From the human T2T-CHM13v2.0 reference genome, Homo sapiens: a stretch of DNA of 64,000 nt. The stretch lies in the NCBI RefSeq assembly GCF_009914755.1, contig NC_060930.1, one strand, 5' to 3'. Of this stretch, positions 16,173 through 36,923 are shown one piece after another (the first letter of the stretch is position 1; every line of letters starts with the position of its first letter). The position numbers were made by a program, and so were the translations under genes. Below the pieces are notes generated by a model that saw only the letters and a program-made list of their open reading frames with translations, searched no databases and was not told the origin of the DNA.

Positions 16173-16748
16173 AATGACTTCTGTTAATAATAAAGTCTAA
16201 GACTATTTAAGATAAAAGGACAACAAAAAAAGAACTCGTTCAACATACCTTTAAATTGGCCACGGGTACATAAATAAAAAGTCCTTTTAAATTCAACAAT
16301 AGAAAATCAGTAGATCTGGATGGAAGGCAGCTCAGAGGAACAGAACCAAACAAGTTGGCCTCTCCCCATTCCACTAAAAAATGTTGAATCTTATGTACTT
16401 TCATGGTTGTTTCTCCCACGGTAATTACTACTTTCTTCTTTAAAGAATGTATTTGCCAGTCAAGTGCCTCCAACACACCTCCCATCCCCCCACACCAATA
16501 ACCATCTGAATGCCATTTTGTCTTCCTTTCATATAACAATGCCTTGGTAGGTAGGAACTAGTAACTACCTCCATTTTTTTCACTATTCTTCACGGCAGCA
16601 TCAGCCTTTACCACTTGCCTTCTGAGATACAGGTTTTGCTACCTTGTTTCTCCAGCAGCTACAGTCTTTGCTACCTTGTTTCTCTGATAGCCATGAAGAA
16701 TGTTAGCAGCAGTTTGCCATGTTTCCTTACAGAAATACAGAAAACACA

Positions 16749-17030
16749 GGCCAAGCGTGGTGGCTCACGCCTGTAATCCCAGCACTTTCGGAGGCGGAGG
16801 AGGGAAATCTCTTTTGAGCTTGAGTTCAAGACCAGCCTGGGAAACATGGCGAAAACCCATCGCTGCAAAAAATACAAAGATTAGCCGGGTGTTGGTGGCG
16901 CAAGCCGGTTGCCCCAGCTACGCAAGAGGCTGAGGCACAAGAATCGTTTGAACCCGGGAAGCGGAGACTGCAGATTGCCGAGATCGCGCCATTGATTACT
17001 CCAGCATGGGCGACACAGCAAGAGTGAAAA
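16749..17030 (+). mobile_element. AluJ-like
   Basis: Diverged Alu dimer. Confidence 0.85.
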
Positions 17031-17175
17031 TAAACTTTAATACACTATCCTCACCGGCCAGTAAGATATGAAGCCAAGGCGTAATAAGACCATTTAGCTT
17101 GAAAACCGGAGCTACTAAACACGTGAAACTACACTTTTAGCAGTGACTACTACTCTTTCTCCTGAGTGGATAGGT

Positions 17176-17191
17176 GGCCCTGAAAAGGGCC
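17176..17191 (-). terminator. H4C4: Histone 3' stem-loop
   Basis: Reverse complement GGCCCTTTTCAGGGCC; HDE AAGAAAGAG downstream. Confidence 0.97.
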
Positions 17192-17225
17192 GTTGGTTTT
17201 GCGGTAGTGTACTGTAGAGGTAAGC

Positions 17226-17670
<445 letters not shown>

Positions 17671-17751
17671 TGTGCAATTCTCCCTTGCTCAGACTGGAGG
17701 AGACCAAGAGGGGCCTGAGGCAACAAAAGAGCCTCAGCTGGGATTTAATAA

Positions 17752-21460
<3,709 letters not shown>

Positions 21461-23849
21461 ACATCAATGTAAGAATTCAAAACAGAGAGAGATCTCATCT
21501 ATTTTGAGAGATGGGGAATGAAAAATATAAAAATTTCAAAGTATGTCATTAGATTAGTTTGAAGTTTAAAACAGGGTGGGGGAGAGAGAAAAAAAGAAGA
21601 AAAAAACTGAAAAAAGATACTCTGCAAGGTAATATAATTAGACCAAGATCACATAGCTGCTAAGGGGCAAAACAAGACTGAAATACATGTCATCATGTTT
21701 GCAAATTCCATGCTTCTACTAAACCACACTGCCAGATTGTTGATTTAAGGCCATATAAAAGAGTTTGATTGCCATACTAAGATTATTCTTAAATCTAAAG
21801 CTATATGAATCCAGCTTTTTCTTCACGGCTTATAAGAATAGAGAAAACCAGTTAAGTGAAGAAAACATAAAGCTACAAGGAGATGGGGCATATAAATTTG
21901 AAGCTCATATGAAGAATATTTCACCCAGAGCAATGAAGAGAATGAATGACAGCACAAAGGGATGAGAGAAAGGAGCCACCCATAAGAAGGCTATAAAAAT
22001 AGCCAGTCCAAAGAAGAGATAGAAGAGCAAGAATTACAACCATGAAAAGGCAAATAAACAAGGAAAGATGAATTTAGGAAGAATTCACCAAACTTAGTAA
22101 CAGATTGGATTTGGCAACAAAGGAAAGGGAATAATTGAAGTGTCAGTTAACAAAGCAATAGTGTTGTTGTGAACAGAATATATAGGAATGTCACTTGAAA
22201 GGTTGCTTCCTAGATGTGGTTGGATATGTTGAGGGTGTGATATACGTAAACAATGAAGCCAATATCCAGCAATCTTAGACAGAAGCTACTTAGATAAGGA
22301 TGGTCATACTGAGAGTCTGGTATAGAAGATGAACAAGCAGATATCCAGCAATCATCCAGAAATCCAACTTTGATACTTAGGCAAGAGGACAGGCCTGAAG
22401 GGAGAGACTTTAGTTACCTGTAAGAAACTAACTCACAAACCCATGAAGGCAAATAGGACAGTACCTCAGAGAATTCCTGCAGTTGGAAGGCTACAAGTCA
22501 GTTCTTCCTTTGTTGGTGCTCCAGGAAATCAAATATAAGTATAAAATATAAATATAAAATGGGTCAAAGCCATTTTAAGATTAGAAATACATGGGCTCCA
22601 TAAAAAGTGAATACACACTCAAAGTAAATGTGGTTCATATTTAGCTCATGTCTCATCTCAAACATTTGATTTTAATTTTTATTAACATTTATTAATTTGT
22701 TCATGTCCTAGTTTAATTTGCTACATGAAGTCATTTGTATTTTGATGAGATCAAAAAGTGTGAAACCCTCACCTTTTGGGCTTTACTCTGTCTGTTCCCA
22801 GCATTTATCTCCTTCATAGTCTTAGTAAAACAGAAATGTATATGCTCCCCAGATCAGCATACGTTCAAGACATTGAGGAGTGAAGAAAATCAGTTAATTC
22901 ACTTTCTGCCATCACTCCATTTTCTTCTCATATCGAACATAAGCTGTACTTCATCACTATAAGCCTATATCCTTGTTTAAACAAGAAATGTAGTACTGAA
23001 TATGAAACATGGCTGTTTTTTAAATTTCTCTCTCTAGGGAATTTTGTGTGTGTGTGGTGCTTGTGTGTATATTCTTTGATCCTGGTACTTGAATAGTTTG
23101 CCAAAGTCTATTTTCCCCGTGTCACCAAGCATGACAGACCCCTGAACCCAAAGACTCATGAATATTTTAATAACAAATTTCCCCCAGTAAAAATTAAAAA
23201 AAAAAATTTTTTTTTGACCCTTAAATGAGTCAAACTCTGTCTCTTTTATGTCCTTTCGTGGATCTCTCCTGAGTTCAGCTATGCAAACAGTCCCAATATC
23301 AGGAGAATCACTGATCATTGTATTTCCCATTTTCCCAAGGAAACGTTGAACATTTACTGGAACCCTCCCAAAGTAACTAAACGTCCAAATAGTTACAAGA
23401 AGCTATCATGAAATATTTTCAGCCCCAGCTAATTTTATCAGAAAGGGCTGTTGTTCTAAGTATCCGTACTGCTGTTCTTGTGGAGAAATTCAAAAAGAAC
23501 CTGTTGTTTCTCTTCTCATATAAAACAGATTTCCTCGTTAAATCTCAATGAAAATCAAGTAGTTGTTCAATGTATGAGAAGCCAAAAATGTGTAGGCTAT
23601 TATTAGAAGACAGCAAACAATTGAAGACACGAATGGAACAATTTATATTTTAAATGAAAATCAAGAAGTTGTCCCTCTGAACTGTGAATCTCTGAAAGTT
23701 GGAACTTTTGATAAAGGCCGAGGCTGCCTTAAATAAAAACTAGAGAAAGAAAATGTAAAGATCATAACACCGTAGCCGTTCCAGTTCATTGTAGAATAGA
23801 ATTGGTGTGATTCCTCCTCAGGAAATTTAAACTATTTTGATTTTCTGAA

Positions 23850-24024
23850 TTTCCGCAAACACAACTCAGAAACAGGGTTGAGACTAGGTTGCTGCCAAGC
23901 TGAAAGACTGAGCTGGGAACCAATCAGCGCGCAGCGTGTCTGTGTGTGACACACACGTAATCACAGACACACTCGCAGCCTGACTTTTTTTTTTTTTAAC
24001 TGTTAGATATCCAAACCTACAATC
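23850..24024 (+). promoter_or_regulatory. H1-12P: Relic H1 promoter (AC box, CCAAT; no TATA)
   Basis: AAACACA 23857-23863; AACCAATCAGCGCGC near 23918-23932. Confidence 0.65.
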
Positions 24025-25103
<1,079 letters not shown>

Positions 25104-25249
25104 CCCCAATTATAATAAAGCTTTTTGCACCAATTCCGTGAGGGGAGGGGGAACGGATAGAGGCAAGAATGCTTACTTACCTTGAGTGAACAGAGGTTCC
25201 AGTTTACGGACAGCAACAGTAAACAGCAACTTTTATAGAAAAGGTGGTT

Positions 25250-25265
25250 GGCTCTGAAAAGAGCC
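25250..25265 (-). terminator. H3C4: Histone 3' stem-loop
   Basis: Reverse complement GGCTCTTTTCAGAGCC. Confidence 0.97.
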
Positions 25266-25300
25266 TTTGGGTTTTGGTTAGCACACATTCACAAGACAAT

Positions 25301-25720
<420 letters not shown>

Positions 25721-25759
25721 CTAAAACCTGCTAAATGACGAAAAAACGAAAGTCTAGCC

Positions 25760-25840
25760 TTTCGTACCCGTATATATAAAGACACCCCTGTTCTGATTGG
25801 ACAAGGCAGCCTTTCCCCTGCAGCTCGATTGGTGGAGACG
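25760..25840 (-). promoter_or_regulatory. H3C4: H3 promoter: TATA and two CCAAT boxes 32 bp apart
   Basis: TATATATA near 25771-25778; ATTGG 25796-25800 and 25828-25832. Confidence 0.8.
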
Positions 25841-26794
25841 CCCACTCCCTGACAGAACATCTCCTGCATGTAGACCAAATATTAAAACTTTCCTCCGTCC
25901 ATCTTTAACTGCTGGTGTTTTCAACCCTTTCCCCTCTGTGCCATGTTTCTAGCTTTTATTTAAAACGTACTTTGGTTTTCCTTGGCAAAATTGTGTCTAG
26001 CTACTAGGATGACGTGTCTTAATTTTTTTTTAAATGTTGGCGCTGAAACTGGCTTTGATCAACGTTTTAAAAAGACGCGCGCTAGTTGTGATTGGCCAAG
26101 TGATTTCTTTTTACCCTCTTAAGTTTAGAAAGGTTAATTTCATATCTTGATTTGTCTATTTAAACTTGGAGATATTTTCAATAATTTGTTCCAAATGCAC
26201 CATGACTATTAACTCATAAGTAACAATATGAAACCTGATGTTAAGCTACATGAACACATTTAATTTCACCACAATATGACATCCTCATATGAAAGCACTC
26301 TCTTATCTTTTACAAGTTCAACTGGTATTTGTGTAATCTGCTGTAAAAAAAAAAAAAAAAAAAAAAAGCCAAATTTATAAATGGCACAAAAAGACCAGTG
26401 TGCCCTTTTAGTCATGCTGAACACTGTGCTAAGAAGCTCCACCTAAGGGCCGTCTGGCTCCAGGGGATGTAGGTTTGTATTCCTATTGATAATTAATTAG
26501 GGTTAGCTCAGTAGAGTTGAAAGTGGCTTGCAAAAACAAACCCAAAAAATACTTACAAATTACAGGTTATTTCGTATCATTAAGATGCATACAAAAGACA
26601 ATAAAACATTTGTTCTGGTTCTGTTGCTTTAAGTCACTAACTATATTTTTATGTAAATGTAAACACTGACAAACATTAACTTCTCTGCTGTATGTCTCAG
26701 GCCTTTTAACAGCTTTGCAATCCTAACGAGCTGCTGCATTGATCGATTTAAATTACATGTGACATAAAGTCTCTTTGCATTTTAATTAGTTTGC

Positions 26795-27097
26795 TTTTTT
26801 GGGTTTTTGTTTGTTTTGAGACAGTCTCGCTCTGTCGCCGAAACTGGAGTGCAGTGGCGCGATCTCGACTCACTGCAACCTCCGCCTCCGGGGTTCAACA
26901 TTTTCTCCTGCCTCAACCTCTTAAATAGCTGAAATTACAGGCGCGCGCCACCACGCCCGACAAATTTTTTTATTTTTAGTAAAGACGGGGCTTCACACCA
27001 TGTTGGTCAGGCTGTCCTGGAACTCCTGACCCTGTGATCCGCCCACCTTGGCCTTCCAAAGTCCTGGGATTACAGGCGTAAGCAACCGCGCCCCGCC
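26795..27097 (-). mobile_element. AluS
   Basis: Antisense Alu dimer. Confidence 0.9.
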
Positions 27098-27254
27098 AAT
27101 TTGCTTATGTATTTTTATGGCATCTTTAAAATGGACGGTTAGTTTCACGATTCAGTGTTAAGAACACCCACTTATAAATGGAAAAATTATTAAAGAAAAC
27201 TGCAAAATAGCTATTTACACAGAAAATGTGAGCCCTTTTAAGGAATACATGAGT

Positions 27255-27270
27255 GGCTCTGAAAAGAGCC
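27255..27270 (-). terminator. H2AC7: Histone 3' stem-loop
   Basis: Reverse complement GGCTCTTTTCAGAGCC. Confidence 0.97.
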
Positions 27271-27316
27271 TTTGTTAAGACTGCTTCCTTAAAAAGCCAA
27301 TATAAGAGTTCTCGTT

Positions 27317-28405
<1,089 letters not shown>

Positions 28406-28433
28406 TTCTAACGTCTTCATACCCAATCCCAAA

Positions 28434-28449
28434 GGCTCTTTTAAGAGCC
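28434..28449 (+). terminator. H2BC7: Histone 3' stem-loop (TTTA loop)
   Basis: GGCTCTTTTAAGAGCC. Confidence 0.95.
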
Positions 28450-29389
28450 ACCCACTTTTTCAGCTATAGAGTTGTAATTACCTGCATATTTTCTGTGTTT
28501 ACCACCAACAGGTTTGGTTTTATCCTCATTTGAGGGGGTTGCTGCTGTGTAGGTCTAGACCACAGTTCTTTTGACTGGTTGAAGGAAAATGCTATACTTA
28601 ACCGTAGCATGTTTGTTTTACCCCAAGTGCTGGTTAGAAGGCTAGCCCATTGTGCTGATAAGCACATTTTTCTTATGTTGTGCTGTGATGTGTCCCTTGT
28701 CAAATTGGTTTCATAAGAAAAGAACTTTTGAAATATCTCTTTTGCTACTGACATAATGTGAGGGAAAGGAATGTCTTCCTTAATTCCGGTTTAGTCATCG
28801 CAGCATTGGCGAATTTAGCTGGTTAAAATAATGTAATCAAATTCTTTAAAATATAAGGAAAGCAAGACAAGTAATGTGCATGAAAACTGAAAAAATGTGA
28901 ACACCCGAGCCTGGATGCAGCACTAATAATCAACATTGTTCTTGATTTAGTTAAAGAAAATTTGGCCACTGGCAAAATACCATTTGGGAGTAATGAGACA
29001 CACCCCTAATCCTAAAATATTTTCTTGTCACTTCCTCAAAGTTGTTTTTGACTTTTTTTCCTTCAGGGTTGACTTCATATGTGTTCATTTTATTCTAATA
29101 AGCAAAAGTTGTAATTTTTAAGTGAAAAAATAATTTATGTCATTCTACTTACAAATACAATTTTTCTATTCTATATACTCATATATAAAGATACTGAAGT
29201 TTTACTGTATTCTTGGTAATTACAAGCCTTACTTAAGATCATAAACTGTTATGAATGGCATCCAGTGTAGAATACTTAAAATTTTTACAAAATGTTTTTG
29301 TATCTTAAAAATATTTAAAATATTATATATAAAAGATTCTTAGAATTTCAACCCAGTTAAGAAAAAAGGAATAGTATTCTATATTATTA

Positions 29390-29766
<377 letters not shown>

Positions 29767-30042
29767 TAAACATTCAAATAAACAAAACCCAACTGAAAAA
29801 ATGAAAGCAACAAGAAAAACCTAGGAAAATGAAAACTAAAAATACTAAATGGCTTCATGTGCCAATTTACATTGGCATAGCAGTCGATTTTTGCTTTCTG
29901 TAGTTCCAGAAGTAAATATCTAAACTAAGGTCTACATCAGCTTGAGGGGAATACAAGTTTCTGAAATTATATGCAGAAATGTGGCCATATGTGTTTCCCC
30001 TTCCCAGAACAAATTATATAGCTTTCTATCAGATTCTAAAAA

Positions 30043-30557
30043 TGTTAAGCAGAATAAGGATACCCCAGTGATGACCACATCCTAATCCCTGGAGTCTGCA
30101 AATTCCTGGAGTCTTTGTTAGGTAACATGACAAAGGGCAACTAAGGTTTCCATGGAATTAAGGCTACTAATTGGCTGACCTTAAAGTAAGGAGATTATAT
30201 TGCATGTTATGAATTAGCCCAATATAATTACAAAGATTCTTAAAAGTGGAAGAGAGAATTGGAATAGAGAACTAGAGATATGGCAGCATGAGAAAAATTT
30301 GGCCATAAATTGCAGACTTTGAAAATGAAAGAAAAGGACCATGATCTAAGGAGAGAGTGGCATCTATCAGTTAAAAAGGCAAGGGAAAAGATACAGGCTC
30401 TTTATTTCTTTACTTAATATCAAGCCAACACCTTGACACTTTTGCTCAGTAAGATCTGTGACTGAGTCCCAATTTTTAAAACTATATAATTACAAATTTC
30501 TATTTTTTAATCATAAAATGTGATAAATTTTCAAACCAGCAATAGGAAACCAATACA
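30043..30557 (+). mobile_element. MaLR LTR (MLT1D-like)
   Basis: GCAGAATAAGG...CCACATCCTAATCCCTGGA...GCAATAGGAAACCAATACA. Confidence 0.7.
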
Positions 30558-30587
30558 CCCATGCAAGTTTAAAAACTGAGTAATGTA

Positions 30588-31179
30588 CCAGCCCCAGCCC
30601 GGGACCCTACAGCTGCTGAGATGTTGATGCGTAAGAAGAACTGGATTGCCATTTATGAACTCCTTTTTAAGGAGGGAGTCATGGTGGCCAAGAAGGATGT
30701 CCATATGCCTAAGCACCTAGAAATGGCAGACAAGAATGTGCCCAACCTTCGTGTCATGAAGGCCATGCAGTCTCTCAAGTCCCAGGGCTACTTGAAGGAA
30801 CAGTTTGCCTGGAGACATTTCTAGTGGTACCTTACCAATGAAGGCATCCAGTATCTCTGTAATTACCTTCATCTGCCCACAGAGATTGTGCCTGCCACCC
30901 TACACCACAGCCGTCCAGAGACTGGCAGGCCTCCGCCTGAAGGTCTGGAGGGTGAGCAACCTGCAAGACTCACAAGAGGGGAAGCCGACAGAGATACCTA
31001 CAGATGGAGTGCTGTGTCCCCTGGTGCTGACAAGAAAGCCAAGGCTGGGGCTGGGTCAACAACCGAATTCCAGTTTAGAGGCAGATTTGGTCGTGGGCCT
31101 GGTCAGCCACCTCAGTAAAACTGGAGAGGATTGTTTTGCATTGAATAAACTTACAGCCGAAAAAACTTAAAAAAAAAAA
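30588..31179 (+). pseudogene. RPS10P1: Processed pseudogene of 40S ribosomal protein S10
   Basis: [26 protein letters not shown]...GQPPQ (30621-31118) with in-frame TAG at 30822-30824; intronless; AATAAA 31144; poly-A; TSD AAAAACTGAGTAATGTA (30571-30587) / AAAAATTCAGTAATGTA (31175-31191) at a TT|AAAA site. Confidence 0.95.
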
Positions 31180-31399
31180 TTCAGTAATGTATTAACTAAT
31201 GTTCTATTAAATTACAATTTTATATATATAATACAAATATGTAAATACTATTAAAATTATTATAGAAGCATGTAAATTCTTCCTAAATATCACAGTCTCA
31301 CAGAGTTTTGATATTGCTGGCATTTTAACAGCAGCAATTTACAGTTCCTTTTTGTTTAGTTTCTACATATTTGATTTCTTTTCACAGTAGAAGTCCTAA

Positions 31400-31955
31400 C
31401 ATTTGCATGCCTAGCAGGGCATACAAATTAACTAACATGTACCCAGTAGCCTTCGAACTGAAGACTCAAAGATACAGGGGAAATCATACATTTTTATGCT
31501 TAGATTCAACAAAGTAGGGACAGCTGTGTAGAAATATGATTGGACACAAAGGGTACGAGCTAATGCTAATAGACTGAGCTAATGATAATAGCCCAGCAAG
31601 GCCTGTCTATATTCTTGGACTTTCTTGGGCAGCATTCTCTCCTCCTGGGAATAGGACAAGCCCTCTCTTGAATCGGGGTCTTATGACCTACAATCAAACG
31701 AGGTAGGCCAGGCAATTTCTTTACTGCCAGTTTTTACACAAAAAGGCAGAAGGAAAGTTGGATTCATATTTTTTAGGTTTTATGGCTAGCTTTGAGTCTA
31801 GCTTTGGTTTATATGTTCCATCTTGGGAAGGAAGCAGTCTAGTTCCTATAGCTAGCTTCGGGGAAGAATGGGAGGGAGAAAGAGGAAGGTAGGAGAAGGA
31901 GAAAAAGTTACTACGGAGGCCTTCATTTTGTAGCATTGTTTTCTGAGTCCCAACA
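31400..31955 (-). mobile_element. MER39-like ERV1 LTR
   Basis: Minus strand starts TGTTGGGACTCAGAAAACAATGCTACAAAATGAAGGCCTC; homologous to the copies at 48165 and 59482. Confidence 0.7.
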
Positions 31956-32239
31956 CCTTTTATTTTAAAAGCCTGTAGGAAGTCGCCTATTTAATAACTT
32001 GGCCCATTACACGTTGCCAATTCTCTTGTGATAAAGGCTGCTACCAGCATCAAAGAGAACAGAAAACTAACAATAGAGAAGTAAACATTAACACACCAGT
32101 GAGTTTCTAGGTTTAGATGTGCGAGTTGGCTAGATATTTAAATGAGAATTATAAATTTTAATAAACAGGGAAGAAAGAAAAATAAGCCAAAAATGTAATA
32201 CGGGCATCCACAGCGAGGACCAGAATTCATGGGATCAAA

Positions 32240-32538
<299 letters not shown>

Positions 32539-32939
32539 GGGATCACTAATTATCCGTGTTTTTCTCTTCGGGAGGAAAATCCTTTTGGTCAGATTTCCCT
32601 TGGCTTGGTGGTGGAGAGGGTGAGATCTTGCAGTTTTCAAACACTTCCTAAGGGGGTTCCGTCCCCAAGAGAGCAAGCAGCAGAAATGCCAGAGGAACCG
32701 TGCCTATGGGGACAAAGCTGAACTCCTCATGGAAGGAGATTGCTGCAGTTCCGGTCTTGTGAGCCAAAGCTCCTGTTCAATCGTCCTAGAGCATCCCAAG
32801 CAGCAAATGATTTTAAACATGTTAATGTATTTAATCTCATTTAGTTGTTAAAATATGCCTAAATTTCCTCTTTGGGAACGCAAGACTTGCAGAGATGACT
32901 CCATGGAGAGCGGACTCTGCCGGCGGGAACTGGAGTCGT

Positions 32940-33420
<481 letters not shown>

Positions 33421-33464
33421 TGCTACCGCTTAAACGACTCAGCATCTCGACTTCCCAAATCAAA

Positions 33465-33480
33465 GGCCCTTTTCAGGGCC
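33465..33480 (+). terminator. H4C5: Histone 3' stem-loop
   Basis: GGCCCTTTTCAGGGCC; HDE AAAAGAGCT. Confidence 0.97.
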
Positions 33481-34039
33481 GCCCACAGTTTTCCGCAAAA
33501 GAGCTCATGACTTGTTAGACGATTGGTTAGTCTCTTTATAAGTTAATTGTTCCTGTCAACAGGTACGTATATTTTTCAGCCGTTTTTTTTTATTCGTTCC
33601 AAATTACATTTGGGGTTTCAGCATACGATTTTTTAGGCTACGATCCTTTTATGTTTATTGTAGTAGGGCCTTAGATTGCACTGAAAAGGCTAGGGTAATA
33701 GTGTCTGTTTACCTTACCACTTTTATTTTGAGTACTTAAAAATGCATGGTTTTCGACATAAGTGGGAAAACCGCAAGACACTGCGTAACCGCTCAAAATG
33801 GCGGAGAGCGAAGAACAAAGCCGGTGCCTGGCAATGGGCTGGACCCGCGAATTAGCGCAACCAATCATCTTCCTGGAAAGGAGTGTGGGCCTTAAATTCT
33901 AGCGGCCTGTTTTCTATTACTTAACCTAACGACCGAGTTTAGGTGTGTAGAAGCTCCTGGGGTAGATAAGCTCACGCAAGGAGAGGTTGCAAGCATTCAT
34001 TTCGGAATTCTATTAAGCCAACCCAGTTGTCCCTTAGAA

Positions 34040-34345
34040 GTTATGATATTTGCTGTTTTTTGAATAAAAGAATTTGACTCTCTTTAAACCCTAAAGCTTG
34101 AAATTTAGCATTTATCTCACATGAGACAAATGTTTAGGAACTCATGTTTAGGAACTCATGTTCCTGCCTGAGGCAGGGAACTGAAACACCAGATCACTTG
34201 CATCGAGACCGTGAGACTCCCTATGTTTCATCCATCATGATTGCGTCCTTATCCCTCCCTGATTTCCTGTTTTCTCGCCCTTCTCGCTACATAAGCCCCC
34301 CAATTTTGGTAGGGGAGACGGATTTGTGATTTCATCTCCTCCCTC
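34040..34345 (+). mobile_element. ERV1 LTR fragment (LTR26/MER41-like) with a 14-bp tandem duplication
   Basis: GAACTGAAACACCAGATCAC...CATCATGATTGCGTCCTTATCCCTCCCT; ATGTTTAGGAACTC twice near 34130-34157. Confidence 0.5.
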
Positions 34346-34935
34346 ATGAATACTCATAGAATTTTTCCAAACCTACTGAATCTGTATGTAAGGTTGACTC
34401 TGTAAGGCATATATATATTCCAGCTCCCCTTCACTGCCACAGAGCGCTCATTCCATCCTGGGATTACTTCTCCCTCTGAAAATAAAGTCTTTGTTACTTC
34501 CTGCTTGGATCTCATTGTCTATTGTTCAAAAAAGATATGTCGTCATTCCACAGTTATGCCCCAGATGTCTTGGAGATGTGGTTTGTTTAAAGAAGGATCC
34601 AGCCATAACTTCCGTTGTGTCTCCAGTTTTCTTATCTAAAACAGGCTCCTCTCCCCTACTTCCCCATTTTTGAACATTGATTTCTCGGAGACCAGACTTA
34701 CAGAATGTTTTTGTTTTGCTTTTGTTTTGTATTGGCTTGATTCTTAATCGTTTTACTTGGCTTCTGTACTCCCCATGTCCTGTAAAGTACAAGTGACTTT
34801 CATACACTTAATTGAAATCGGGTGAATATGCCTGTCAGGAACAGTTTACAGATGTAATGTACATAGTAAACTACATCAGAAACACATGATGTCCGGTTTA
34901 TGTAAATTCCAAGTGATAGAAAAATCGCAACTTTG

Positions 34936-35236
<301 letters not shown>

Positions 35237-35829
35237 CCGTTGGTTTAGGGTGATAGTTCCATTGAAAATCAGATTTTTCTTCTAGCCAGCAAGTTGTCCG
35301 TAGGCTGATACTTTGAAATCAGGAAAATAAATAGTTACTTTGAATGTCATTTTTAAAAAGTGTGAGCTCGTGCATATATATGAAAAGCATCATGTTATTG
35401 GTGCTAAGGCACTAGTTTGAGGAGAAAAAGTTTTATGAGGATGTTAATGTAACAACAGCAACAAAAAGGAGCACATAGCATGTACCAAGCATTGTTCTAT
35501 GCTCTGGGAATTACAGCAGTGAATGAGAAAGAACAAAACAATATGTGTGCATAGAATTTATATTTATTGGGTGGGGGTACACACACAAAATAAGTGAAAC
35601 AGTGTGTCAGATGGTGCTGACTGCTATGAAGATCACTGAAGCAGGAAAAGGCATAGCATGTGGAGGGAAGAGGTGATATTTTAAATGATATGGTCTTGAA
35701 AAATTTTACTCATAAAGTGATAAAGAAAAAATACATTGAGAAAGTGAGAGAGTATTCTAAATAGAATACCCAGCAGGAAAGCCTGGAGGTAAAAAGCAGG
35801 TATTATGACTGGAAAAAGGGGCAGAGGTG

Positions 35830-36408
35830 AGGCAGACAATGGAAGGCAGGACAAGGGACCCCTCCACACTTGTTTACTTGCTGTGCTGACTACAGCAGCA
35901 CCCAGCTCCATAACCTTGCAGCCACTGAAGCTTCCGCTCATAAAATCAGCCAATCAGACATAAAAGAAATAGAACACTCTAACGACAAACATCCTCGCCA
36001 TCAGCATAGGGACTTCCAAAAGACCTTCCCCAAATGAACATGTGCTATAGGGACTTTGATTATCCTAACCTAACTTTTGCATCATGTTAATGATAAAATT
36101 CATACCCCTGCGTGGAGATTTAAGCTGCCAATGAGACCTGAGACACAGGAAAAAGCATGACAAGAGACTGCAAAGGTGTATCCAACAGACCACCCCAAAC
36201 ATGCCATGATGTCACCTAGACGAAGCTCACAGAAGAATAACAAACTAGACTAGCTTGCTTTCAAGGAGCCAGCTGCAAGTATACCTCTGGTTGCTGTCTC
36301 CCTTTCTGCTCAAGCCGAAAGCCCTAATAAACTTCCTTGCTCAAGTCCATCTTAGATTCTTGGTCGATTTCTATTTTCTGAGGGTCAAGAACCCACTGCC
36401 AGTATCAG
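35830..36408 (+). mobile_element. MER66-like ERV1 LTR inserted in L2 sequence
   Basis: TGTTAATGATAAAATT...GTGGAGATTTAAG...GACCACCCC; AATAAA; ends GTCAAGAACCC...CA; flanks are L2-like. Confidence 0.55.
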
Positions 36409-36556
36409 ACAGGGTGCAAAGAAAAAGCAAATATGATCTGCGAGGCAAATGGAGACGAGTCTCTATATGGCCTTGCAGACCAGTGTGACTACTGTTTTAC
36501 TCTGAGTGAGATGGGAGCCACTGCAAGGGTTTGATCGGAGAACTGACATAATCTGA

Positions 36557-36923
<367 letters not shown>

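Noticed and set aside
16635-16684. TTTGCTACCTTGTTTCTC repeated at a 32-bp period
   Set aside because: Only two copies; ordinary local duplication, not an array.
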